From Gammaproteobacteria bacterium (GTDB lineage: Bacteria; Pseudomonadota; Gammaproteobacteria; CBDBNL01; JAAOII01), in the NCBI GenBank assembly GCA_965209035.1, contig OZ242372.1, positions 1,088,001 to 1,152,000 on the forward strand: DNA of 64,000 nt, in the 5' to 3' direction. The translations under genes and the position numbers were made by a program. Under the pieces are notes generated by a model. That model was not told where the DNA came from. It saw only the letters and a program-made list of their open reading frames with translations, and searched no databases. Positions 20,001 through 28,587 of the stretch are shown in pieces (positions within the stretch are counted from its first letter, which is position 1; every line of letters starts with the position of its first letter).

Positions 20001-21984
20001 TAAGGACGACCTGAACGCGGAAAACGCGAACAAATCCGACCGGAAGGACATTCGCATCATCATCGGCAATCCGCCATATTCAGCCGGACAAAGAAATGAA
20101 AACGAGGACAATAAGAATCTGATCTACGAAAAATTGGACAAGCAAATCAGGAACACCTATGCCAACCCCAAATACAATAAAGCACAAAATAGAAACTCCC
20201 TTTACGACTCCTACATTCGGGCAATTCGCTGGGCGAGTGAACGCATCGGTGACCGCGGCATGATCGCCTTTGTAACAAACGGCGGCTTCCTATACAGTGC
20301 CGCCGGTTCCGGGGTGCGCAAGTGTTTGGCAGACGAGTTCTCCAAAATATACTGTTTGAATTTACGCGGCAATGCAAGAACTTCCGGTGAAGTTCGCCGA
20401 AAAGAAAAAGACAATGTTTTCGGTATGGGAACGCGCACTGCCATCGTCATCATCATCCTCATTAAGAATGGCAAAGAGGGCAAAGCCAATGCCAAAAATT
20501 ATGAAATCCTTTATCGGGATATAGGGGACTACCTAAAAAGAGAAGAAAAGTTAGCCTTTCTGCGGGAGAAAAAATCCGTTGCCGGCATCACCGACTGGCA
20601 AACCATTCAACCGGACGAATATCACGATTGGGTAGATCAACGGATAAACTTCCCGGCAGCCTACATACCGCTCGGCGATCAAAACAATAAAAAGGTTCTT
20701 AAAAATGCGAGGACGAATACAAGGAATGACAAGAGACAGAAAGCATTCAATATTAATCAGCCCCCTCGCCATTCCTTACAACTTCGCAGGTCTCTATTTT
20801 TATCTTTTTGCCTGGGCGTCAAAACAAACAAGGATCCATGGATTTACAATTTTGAACAACAGGCAGTCGCAGATAATATGCATCGCATGATCTCTTTTTA
20901 CGATGAACAACGTAAAGCATATCATCATCACAAGCAAGAGTGCGAAAAACAACAAGAACATCCTCCAAGTCCGGATGACTTTGTTAATAATGATCCGACA
21001 AAGATCAGTTGGGACGGCATTCTAAAAAATGAACTTGCAAGAAACAAATTTGATCCCTATCGCGAAGACGCCATCCGAAATTCCCTTTATCGCCCCTTTG
21101 TAAAAAAGCATCTTTACTTTGATCGGTTTTACAACAACAGTGTTTACAGGCTACCCTCTTTTTTTCCAAAACCAGATTCCCCGAACAAATTAATTTGTAT
21201 AACGGCAACTTCCGTGAATACTAATTTTTCAACATTAATAACCGATTTAATTCCCGACTTACACATTCTTTCCACTTCCCAGGTCTTTCCACTTTATTAT
21301 TATGACGAAGAGAATAAACGGCATTCCAACATAACACCCGCAGCCATTGCCGAGTTTAAAGAGAAGTATCAACACTCAGTTTCAGCGGAAGACATTTTTC
21401 ACTATGTATATGGTCTCTTGAACTGGCCGGCATTCAAGGTGCATTATGCCGATACACTCAAAAAAGAACTTCCCCGGATTCCCCTTCTAAAGTCCTACAA
21501 GACATTTTGCAATTTCCGGGACGCCGGCGAAAAATTGGCGAACCTGCATTTGAACTATGAGGCGGCGGCAGAATATAACCTGCGAGAACTAAACGCGCCG
21601 GAACAGGAAAGCGAGTCCGGTGATTTGAAATTGAATCACCAAGATAATCCGCCCCCGACAAATAATCGGCAACTCGAAAAGATACGGTTTGCCGGCAAAC
21701 AAAGACAACCGGACAAAACACAAATCGTCTATAACCCGCATCTTACGCTGGCGGGCATTCCCCTAAAAGCCTATGAGTATCAACTTTGCGGCAGATCGCC
21801 GCTGGAATGGGTGATGGAATTTTATCAAAAGAAAACGAACAAAGACAGCGGCATCACCGACGACCCGAATGCCTTGCTGCGCGAGGACCCCAACCACCTG
21901 GTCAGCCTGATAAAACGCCTCGTCACAGTCAGCATAGAAACCACAAAAATCATTGAAACCTTCCCCGAAAAACTACACGAGTAA
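17032..21984 (+). CDS. Type ISP restriction-modification enzyme (LlaGI/LlaBIII family)
   Basis: 1650 aa; Mrr-like GIDLV...AIQCK, SF2 helicase MACGTGKT/DEAH/TATP/QSVGRVMR, MTase LDPFTGTG and GNPPY, C-terminal TRD. Confidence 0.93.
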   Translation: MANSFEDVLNTLRELSNNKREQGRRFECLMQSFLQEDPEYKNLFSDVWLWEQWPDRDGPDTGIDLVARERETGRFWAIQCKFYKKEYSLAKSDIDSFLAASGTRQFHYRMIISTTDQWTGNLRREVENQKTPCRILRFQTLAKRDIVWPDLARNQTTIKINAPKKPWKHQEDAIEKVIAGLKVADRGKLIMACGTGKTLTSIRIAEKMLPQGGTVLFLAPSLSLLSQNICEWAYNKTTEHTYLAVCSDTGVGRHRNQKTEEDANDPDAHYTKLEDLAYPATTNSKEIRDRLGKRKEKLQVVFSTYHSLEVLHLAQKDGAAEFDLVICDEAHKTAGQKRPDGTIPEFSQIHDANYLRARKRLYMTATPKIFAEKARQKADEAEIDLFSMDDPKVFGEELYRLSFGKAVENRMLADYRVIILCVSKEYIANKFPAFLADQDLKLPDAVKMAGCWRALTEKAISQREASGGDTGHTGDAENTANPADTETPPKILSRSVAFFNRIKDSKHFQEKMQNVVKRIQDKKTAEGNESQIPFGIEHVDGTQGALERSRKLDWLRDASNAECRILMNVRCLSEGIDVPALDAVLFMQPRRSEVDVVQSVGRVMRKAPDKKYGYIILPVVAPANADEAKVLDKNEDYKTIWEVLNALRAHDDRFNAMIHKIDLNHKKPDQVDIIGIGAGGEVVEDTKGLYGGQLDLRFGEIEEKIYATIVKKCGERLYWEDWAKNAAELVSHTETRIRGLVKNKEGAAKEFNKFLKTLRGAINPAITEEDARMMLGQHAVTQAIFEALFADYEFAQQNPVSQRMNAVLNHLGQYGLQNEVRDLESFYEDVRKRVAKIDNAEGRQAVMASLYEKFFSAAFAKEANRLGIVYTPPEVADFILHSADAVARQEFGEGLADENVNILDPFTGTGLFVARLLQNKELIGDDALKRKFQKEVFAYETVLLAYYIAAVNIEAAYQSRLNEKHYEPFKGIALTDTFQRAEKDKTEDIFKDDLNAENANKSDRKDIRIIIGNPPYSAGQRNENEDNKNLIYEKLDKQIRNTYANPKYNKAQNRNSLYDSYIRAIRWASERIGDRGMIAFVTNGGFLYSAAGSGVRKCLADEFSKIYCLNLRGNARTSGEVRRKEKDNVFGMGTRTAIVIIILIKNGKEGKANAKNYEILYRDIGDYLKREEKLAFLREKKSVAGITDWQTIQPDEYHDWVDQRINFPAAYIPLGDQNNKKVLKNARTNTRNDKRQKAFNINQPPRHSLQLRRSLFLSFCLGVKTNKDPWIYNFEQQAVADNMHRMISFYDEQRKAYHHHKQECEKQQEHPPSPDDFVNNDPTKISWDGILKNELARNKFDPYREDAIRNSLYRPFVKKHLYFDRFYNNSVYRLPSFFPKPDSPNKLICITATSVNTNFSTLITDLIPDLHILSTSQVFPLYYYDEENKRHSNITPAAIAEFKEKYQHSVSAEDIFHYVYGLLNWPAFKVHYADTLKKELPRIPLLKSYKTFCNFRDAGEKLANLHLNYEAAAEYNLRELNAPEQESESGDLKLNHQDNPPPTNNRQLEKIRFAGKQRQPDKTQIVYNPHLTLAGIPLKAYEYQLCGRSPLEWVMEFYQKKTNKDSGITDDPNALLREDPNHLVSLIKRLVTVSIETTKIIETFPEKLHE

Positions 21985-22179
21985 GTCCACGGATCACCGC
22001 CAAACTCTTGCCCGCATCTCGCCACCCAACATCAGCCCGCCTCACACTGTTATCCTGCCCGAAAAGATTCACTTAAGACCCGACACCCAATATCGCGATT
22101 TACAAGTTCACAAAAAAGATACGAAAGTACATCCTCGCTTGTTTGGAATGATTAAAATTATTACAACTACCAAAAAATA

Positions 22180-23022
22180 ATGACTACGACAAAATCGAAT
22201 ATAAAAAAAGTCCAATGCTATGGAGCAAACTTTGGCGAAAAAATGATGGAAAGGTTTTTTTCAAATATCAAGCCCCAACCATGGAATTGGAAAACAGACT
22301 TAGGAAAATATGAGCGCCTGCACACTCTTTATAAGACAGATCTCAAAGATAATAAAAAAGAAGAAGTACATTGCAAGGTACTTAAATTAAGAAATCTTTA
22401 TGGACTTCAACTCTGTATTCACAATGATGAATTACCCCGCGTCGTGCAGCATTTGTTTAAACACAAAAAAGATATTAGCAAGGACATTAAACGCGGTGAT
22501 AAAAATATAGTTGGAGATCTTGCAAAAAACGCTGCTTACCCCAAAAGGCTATGGACTTTTGCCACAAAATTTTGTTTCTTTGTGGAAAAAAACAATGAAT
22601 ACCCCATTGATGATTCACTTGTTCGAGGTGCGTTGAAACACTATGAAGAGGAACTTAAAAAACTCGGTCCGCGAATAGTCAAAATATACCATGGCCCTTT
22701 TGAACAACGATTAAAGGATGTAAAAAAGATATGGCGTAATCCAGATCCAAATACCTCAGATCCTCTGGATTATTCCGTTTACAAGGATACCATAGATGAC
22801 TTTATAAAAATATATCATCTGGACGGTATCACTTACAGGGAATTAGATTGGTACCTTTGGGTATTTGGAAAAATACTTAAAAAGAAAAACGATCCAACAG
22901 ACAAAATCCATAACCATTTTTCAAAAAAAGAGCTAGAGAAATTAATAAAAGACATGGCTTTGGAAGTTAAGTACCCCTTACAAAAGATCGGACTTTCTAT
23001 CAAGAGCACCTCAAAAACTTAA
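22180..23022 (+). CDS. Hypothetical protein, possibly HhH-GPD-like fold
   Basis: 280 aa low-GC ORF with FATKFC, YPIDDSLV and RELDWYLW motifs; the fold is an inference. Confidence 0.6.
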   Translation: MTTTKSNIKKVQCYGANFGEKMMERFFSNIKPQPWNWKTDLGKYERLHTLYKTDLKDNKKEEVHCKVLKLRNLYGLQLCIHNDELPRVVQHLFKHKKDISKDIKRGDKNIVGDLAKNAAYPKRLWTFATKFCFFVEKNNEYPIDDSLVRGALKHYEEELKKLGPRIVKIYHGPFEQRLKDVKKIWRNPDPNTSDPLDYSVYKDTIDDFIKIYHLDGITYRELDWYLWVFGKILKKKNDPTDKIHNHFSKKELEKLIKDMALEVKYPLQKIGLSIKSTSKT

Positions 23023-23148
23023 ACCGACGTAGTTTGTTCGGGTGAGCGAATAGATAAAAATTGTTTTTCGGATCGTTAGAACCTGGCGTTTATAAAACTT
23101 GAGATGTTTTCCGGCTCATTTGAAATGAGCCGGGGCTATTTGGCGAGT

Positions 23149-24870
23149 TTAATCTTTCGGGTATGGCCAGACTTTAAGTGCTTTTTTATAAAGCCATAGA
23201 GCGCGTTTCTCTATGAGAGATTCATCCCATTTTGCCGCATGTAGAAATTCTTTCGTGTCAAAAGTCTTAATTCCGGCGGCGTATTCTTTTAATGCCTCTT
23301 GCTTGTCTTTCCATGCTTTATCTTTAACAGAGCCATTTGCCCCGGGTCTTAAGATAGCCAGATTTCCCAATCTTAATAATAGATAATCTCTATTATCCGC
23401 ATCTATATCATCCTCGTTCCAATTCTTTCTCCAGTTCTTAGGCATAACATGTTCCAAAGAAAAATCTTTGTAGGGACACAAGTCGACAGCATTTCGTTCG
23501 GGTCTCCCCAAAGAAATATCCAACAAATAAAGAATAGTTTGAGCATCTCTATTAATCAGCTTACTATGAGCAAAGCCCTCTTCCAGGGATTGGTCCGAGG
23601 GGAACTCATTATCCCCGGTTAGTTCCAGCAAACGTTCTCTCAATTTGTCATAACTATGTATCCCATCATTCCCGATCATGTCAGCGAATAGCCTATTATA
23701 ATTTTTTGTAGAATTTTTACATACGATCCGCCTTGTAAGATAATTTTCTAGAAGAGAAAACATCTTATCCCTTTCAGTTTTATCGGAAACCTTTGTCAAA
23801 ACATACAAAATATAATGAATCACCGGGGTGTTAAATGATCCCAGAACCGGTATCATGAGTTTTTGAATTGGTTGCTTTGCATCTATCCTTTCTTTCAATA
23901 GATCAATATTAATATTCTCTCTGTATGTTCTCGCAAGATCCATAAGTTTTTTAATAAACTTTTTATCCCCTTTTCTTATGTTATTATTTTTGAGATATAA
24001 TTTGTAATTCTTAAACAAGGCATCTATATTTTCATATCCTTGTTCTTTGCTGTCTCTTTCTTTGGAAAAGATCAGCAGCGAAGACTGCATAAAAAGATCA
24101 AGATTATGGCGTCTTCTTACAATTTCCGAATCCCAAAATGATTTGTTATCCTCCTGTTCAAATTCAGATTTCCAAGTTGTTTCATATAGGTTCTTACTTT
24201 CACTGTCAAATAATTCATTCTTTAATAATTCTGCCGGTGTCAAGGATACCCCAATAGAATTAATCGTATCAAAAATCTGTTGCTCGTCTTCGTTTTCATC
24301 CAATCCAACTTCCAAAAAAGAGAGGTTATCCTCTATGCGATCAATAAATTCTTTCTTAAGGTTCTTAAATATATCGCTTTTTTTGAAGTACTCATAACAT
24401 GCAAAAGTTTGGTCATTATATTCAATCTTTCCTCTGTATTTTCTTTTTATATAACTTCCTTTATCTTCCTCAGTCATGCCGCTCATTATGGAATTAAAGC
24501 ATTCAATATTATTATGGTTATGATGCAATATAGGTTCTTTTTTGCGATTAAAAAATTTTTTCTTAAACTCTTCAACATCATCGAGTTTTTCATACAACAA
24601 TCGCATCAAAATACAGAGGGTGGTTAATCTTTGCTGTCCGTCTATCAATAAACGGACATCGCCTATTTCTTCTCCGGCAGGGCGCCTCTGTTGTTTGAGG
24701 ATTAAGCAACCCATAAAATGAGATTCATTTTTATCACAAATTTTCTCCACAGAATCTAAAAAACGATCCCATTGCTCTTCCTCCCATACATAAGCCCTTT
24801 GAAAAAAAGGAACTACTATGCTGCGGTTATTAATGAATAAACTTAATGGTCCTAATGGGCTAGTTTTCAT
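23149..24870 (-). CDS. DUF262-DUF1524 protein (GmrSD/SspE-like)
   Basis: PFFQRAYVW, IDGQQRLTT, IFDTINSIG; C-terminal LEHVMP...LGNLAIL...N HNH-type motif. Confidence 0.9.
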   Translation of the reverse strand: MKTSPLGPLSLFINNRSIVVPFFQRAYVWEEEQWDRFLDSVEKICDKNESHFMGCLILKQQRRPAGEEIGDVRLLIDGQQRLTTLCILMRLLYEKLDDVEEFKKKFFNRKKEPILHHNHNNIECFNSIMSGMTEEDKGSYIKRKYRGKIEYNDQTFACYEYFKKSDIFKNLKKEFIDRIEDNLSFLEVGLDENEDEQQIFDTINSIGVSLTPAELLKNELFDSESKNLYETTWKSEFEQEDNKSFWDSEIVRRRHNLDLFMQSSLLIFSKERDSKEQGYENIDALFKNYKLYLKNNNIRKGDKKFIKKLMDLARTYRENINIDLLKERIDAKQPIQKLMIPVLGSFNTPVIHYILYVLTKVSDKTERDKMFSLLENYLTRRIVCKNSTKNYNRLFADMIGNDGIHSYDKLRERLLELTGDNEFPSDQSLEEGFAHSKLINRDAQTILYLLDISLGRPERNAVDLCPYKDFSLEHVMPKNWRKNWNEDDIDADNRDYLLLRLGNLAILRPGANGSVKDKAWKDKQEALKEYAAGIKTFDTKEFLHAAKWDESLIEKRALWLYKKALKVWPYPKD

Positions 24871-25119
24871 AATGATTTTTGATTGAATAATAAAAGGTAT
24901 AAAAAATTTAACTTACTTATAACTTATTATAACCGAATGCATCATCCCGGAAAGATTTTGGACTCTTCTAAGCAATCACCCCGTTACGCACACCAACAAC
25001 TTTCACCGGTTCCGTTCGGGCAAAAATACCGGGAGTTGAAACCGGGTAAGGTTATGGTATTTTCACTTATAATTTATGTAATTTAGCAAGAAGTTATTTA
25101 TACATACTATTAATCAAAA

Positions 25120-26334
25120 ATGAAATCTACAGAAAAGAAAACCTTTAAGGAAGCGGCCATTGAGGCCCTGAAAGAAGCTGGCAAGCCTCTTTCGGCCCTG
25201 GATATTTCTTCTATCGCACAGAGAAGAGGATGGATTGAACCGAAAAGTAAAACACCGGAAGCAAGTATCAGTGCAGCTCTTTATACGGATATGAAAAATA
25301 AGGGCGATGACTCTGCATTTGATCAACCGGAAGCCGGGCTTTTTGATCTAAGCCACAAAAAGAAACAGTCCATCGCGAAAAGCGAACAGGTCGTGTATGT
25401 AATGACAACTCGGGCCATGCCGCATTATGTAAAGGTAGGAATAACAACCGAATACGGGCTAAACAACCGCCGCAAAACAATGAGCAGCACAAGTGTCCCT
25501 TTCCCATTTAAGATTTACTATGCGGCTGTGGTTGAAGATTCAAAGGGCATTGAAAGAAAGATCAGTAAAATTTTTGAGGATAAAAAAGTACATGAAAGAA
25601 AAGAGTTTTACGAGATATCTGCAGAAAAAATGAAACTAGTCATTTCAATGGCAGCCAAGCGTGTTATTTCGCCTGCCGAACAAGAACCCGGTGCAAACCC
25701 GCCTGTCGACCCGGTAGTTGTACAGGAAAAGCCGGGCGAAGGAAGCAAGACATCATCCGTGAAGCAAGAAAAAAAAGAAAAAACACCGCCCTTTCGTTTT
25801 AATCACATTCAAATTCGTCCCGGTAGCATTCTTTACTTTGTTAAAGACAAGGAGATCACTTGCGAAGTGGCGGACGATCGTCATGTCATTTATAAGGGTG
25901 AGAAGATACTTCTGGGCAAAGCATCAGAACTGGCATTGAATTCAAAAGGCTATTATTGGAAAGGTTATCAGGGAATTAATCATTGGGAATACAATGGAAG
26001 GAAATTAAAAGACATACGCGATTCTGTGAAACAAAACAGCGGAAAGATATCGCAAGATAGTCCGGAAGCCGGAAAAAAAGAAAGGGCACCACTATTCCGT
26101 TTTAACCACATTCAAATTCGCCCCGGTAGCACCCTCACCTTTGCGGAAGACGCGAGTATCACCTGCGAAGTGGCGGACGATCTTCATGTGATTTATAAAG
26201 GCGAGAAGATGCGTCTAAGCAACGCGGCAAAAGAGGCGTGGAAATTAAAAGGTCATCTTGGAAAGGCTTATCGCGGCTCCAAGCATTGGAAATACAACGG
26301 CAGGATCTTACAAGATATTCTCGACTCCATATAA
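25120..26334 (+). CDS. HARE-HTH + GIY-YIG (T5orf172-like) + two RAMA-like domains
   Basis: TFKEAAIEAL...KTPEASISAALY (HARE-HTH); VYVM...YVKVGIT...VPFPF...KEFY (GIY-YIG); duplicated FRFNHIQIRPGS...HWxYNGR C-terminal domain. Confidence 0.75.
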   Translation: MKSTEKKTFKEAAIEALKEAGKPLSALDISSIAQRRGWIEPKSKTPEASISAALYTDMKNKGDDSAFDQPEAGLFDLSHKKKQSIAKSEQVVYVMTTRAMPHYVKVGITTEYGLNNRRKTMSSTSVPFPFKIYYAAVVEDSKGIERKISKIFEDKKVHERKEFYEISAEKMKLVISMAAKRVISPAEQEPGANPPVDPVVVQEKPGEGSKTSSVKQEKKEKTPPFRFNHIQIRPGSILYFVKDKEITCEVADDRHVIYKGEKILLGKASELALNSKGYYWKGYQGINHWEYNGRKLKDIRDSVKQNSGKISQDSPEAGKKERAPLFRFNHIQIRPGSTLTFAEDASITCEVADDLHVIYKGEKMRLSNAAKEAWKLKGHLGKAYRGSKHWKYNGRILQDILDSI

Positions 26335-26341
26335 AGCGGCG

Positions 26342-28042
26342 ATGGTTGCCCGCTTTGTCCGGGCGGGCATTGGGAACTTGGCTCGGATTTTGATTCCGGG
26401 TCTGTGCCTGATGTTCATCTTTGCAAAGAGCGGCATGGTATATGCGGATGAGTATTCGGCGGGAGGTGCCGGGGACATCCTTCTTGTTGAAACCGAGCCG
26501 GAACAGGGTGAGGGCGGCGGTGAGCAGATTCCCCCGGCCGAGGATCTCGGCGGCGATGATCTGTTTATCATTGAAGAATCGGGCGAGGAGGCGGATGCCA
26601 AAACGGGGAACCGGGGCTGGGAGTATATGACTAAGCACTTTGGCGGTGAGTTGATTGGCTCTTATGCGGGCATCGGCGATGCGGACAACGGGCGGTCGGG
26701 GCTGCAGGGAAGACTTCGCTATCAGGAGGATTGGTCTTGGGGCGGCGCGGCGGTGGAGGCGATTGCCTACTACTCGAGCGTGGAGTTGACTCTGGGGCGC
26801 GGCGAGAATGCGAACCAAGACACTTTTACCCAAACTTTTGAGACGAGCGATCTGGTGCTGCGCGAGGCCTATCTGCGTGCCGACCCGTTTGAGTGGTGGC
26901 GGCTGACAGCCGGGCGGCAGGTGGTGTCGATCGGGCAGTTTGATATTTTTTCGCCGGTGGATTTTGTGTTGCCGGTGGATTTTACCAACACGCGCCTTTC
27001 TTACAACAAAGTGGAATACCGCTTACCGCAGGATGCCTTGCGGAACAATTTTTATTTCGGCGGCAACTGGCGGCTTGAAACGGTTTGGTTTCCCACTCTT
27101 CTCACGGACGATCTGACGCGTCTGGTGCAGTCGGCACCGCAACAATATTATGATCCGACGCTGAACCGGGATGTGACGGTGGAGCGCGAGTTCCCCGCGG
27201 ACGAAAATCAATATTTACTTCGGTTGATCTATGAGGGCAATGATCTCACTTATGGTTTTACTTTTTATGACGGTTACAATCTGTTTGTGTTTGGCGGGAC
27301 GAGTTCGTTTTTGCACAAGGAGCCTCTGAACGGAGAGGTTGACGGTGACCTTTGGCAATATCGGGAGATCCGGCCGAACCTGCAACGCCGGCGCGCCTAT
27401 GGGTTTGAGTTGGCAAAACAGATTAAGAAGTTTTCGGTGAAGTTTGAAATCCTGGCGGAGCGGTCGACGCAGAATTTGGATTTGATTGCCAACCCTGTCG
27501 CGGACCTGAACCCCGTCCAAAGGCAGTATGCGGATTTTATCCGGAACGAGAACGGCGGGCGGCTGTATGTGGAAGGGGATCAGATCATCGCCGCGCTGGG
27601 GTTTGATTATTACGATGACAGGAACTTCTTTAATGTGTATCTGATCTCTTTTGAGAATTTTTTGGACAGTCGCGGCCGGCGTGCCGTCAACCTGGCGGAG
27701 CGTGCCTATCCGGACGAGTCGGGCGCACCTTTTGGCAATGTGTTTCCGGCATTTAATATTGGCGGTTTTTACGGCGAGCGTAATCAACACACGGTGGGTT
27801 TTATTAGCGGTTTTTTGAGTTTTGCCATAGGCGGCAGTTTGTATTATCTGAACGACTATTACGAATCGCTTCAATACGGGGTTTCGTTGGAAGCGTTTCA
27901 GTATTTGAGTAACTTTGTTAACGCGCGCCGCGCGGCGAATGACGATGATGAATCCTTTGCCCGCGGCGATGACGAGGAAAACATCCGACAACAAAATGCT
28001 TTTTCGGTCGGCTTGCGGGTGGGGTTTGAGTATAATTTCTGA
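26342..28042 (+). CDS. Outer-membrane beta-barrel protein, paralog 1
   Basis: Signal-peptide-like start, LREAY and GRQVVSIG motifs, terminal GFEYNF; start moved to 26342 to avoid overlap with the upstream gene. Confidence 0.75.
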   Translation: MVARFVRAGIGNLARILIPGLCLMFIFAKSGMVYADEYSAGGAGDILLVETEPEQGEGGGEQIPPAEDLGGDDLFIIEESGEEADAKTGNRGWEYMTKHFGGELIGSYAGIGDADNGRSGLQGRLRYQEDWSWGGAAVEAIAYYSSVELTLGRGENANQDTFTQTFETSDLVLREAYLRADPFEWWRLTAGRQVVSIGQFDIFSPVDFVLPVDFTNTRLSYNKVEYRLPQDALRNNFYFGGNWRLETVWFPTLLTDDLTRLVQSAPQQYYDPTLNRDVTVEREFPADENQYLLRLIYEGNDLTYGFTFYDGYNLFVFGGTSSFLHKEPLNGEVDGDLWQYREIRPNLQRRRAYGFELAKQIKKFSVKFEILAERSTQNLDLIANPVADLNPVQRQYADFIRNENGGRLYVEGDQIIAALGFDYYDDRNFFNVYLISFENFLDSRGRRAVNLAERAYPDESGAPFGNVFPAFNIGGFYGERNQHTVGFISGFLSFAIGGSLYYLNDYYESLQYGVSLEAFQYLSNFVNARRAANDDDESFARGDDEENIRQQNAFSVGLRVGFEYNF

Positions 28043-28341
28043 TTATATTTTCAGCCGGCGGCGCGGCGATGATTGTCGTCAGCCGGCGAAGACCTATTCG
28101 GGTATCCAAAAAATAAAAAGTAAAGTCCGAGGTCTTTAATTGCATTGGCTTGCGGGCGTGCCGCGCTGCCTTGCCGGGGTATCGCCTCGGCAGAGTTTTG
28201 GAGTTCGCCCGGACAAGAACAGGCGGCGGCCGAAATCCGGTGAGATGATCAAGAGTGATATAATAACTGAAAATTTTTATAGATCCTGAATTCAAGTAAC
28301 ACATCAATAATGATCATCGCAGAACTGCAAAATAACCGCCT

Positions 28342-28565
28342 CTTTAATAAAGATGACTTTTTCCCGCTTCTTCGATCTGAGCGGCTTCACGGGGACGGGT
28401 AATACTTTAATAAAGATGGTTTTTCTCCGCTTCTTCGATCTGAGCGGCTTCACGGGGACGGGTAATACTTTAATAAAGATGGCTTTTCCCCGCTTCTTCG
28501 ATCTGAGCGGCTTCACGGGGACGGGTAATACTTTAATAAAGATGGTTTTTCTCCGCTTCTTCGAT
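28342..28565. repeat. 63-bp tandem repeat, ~3.5 copies
   Basis: CTTTAATAAAGATG recurs at 28342, 28405, 28468 and 28531. Confidence 0.95.
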
Positions 28566-28587
28566 TGCTCTTTCCAAAGACAACTGA

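Noticed and set aside
26258-26341. Upstream start for beta-barrel 1
   Set aside because: It overlaps the preceding gene; the signal-peptide-like sequence begins at 26342
28342-28565. 63-bp repeats as a CRISPR array
   Set aside because: Contiguous near-identical units with no variable spacers
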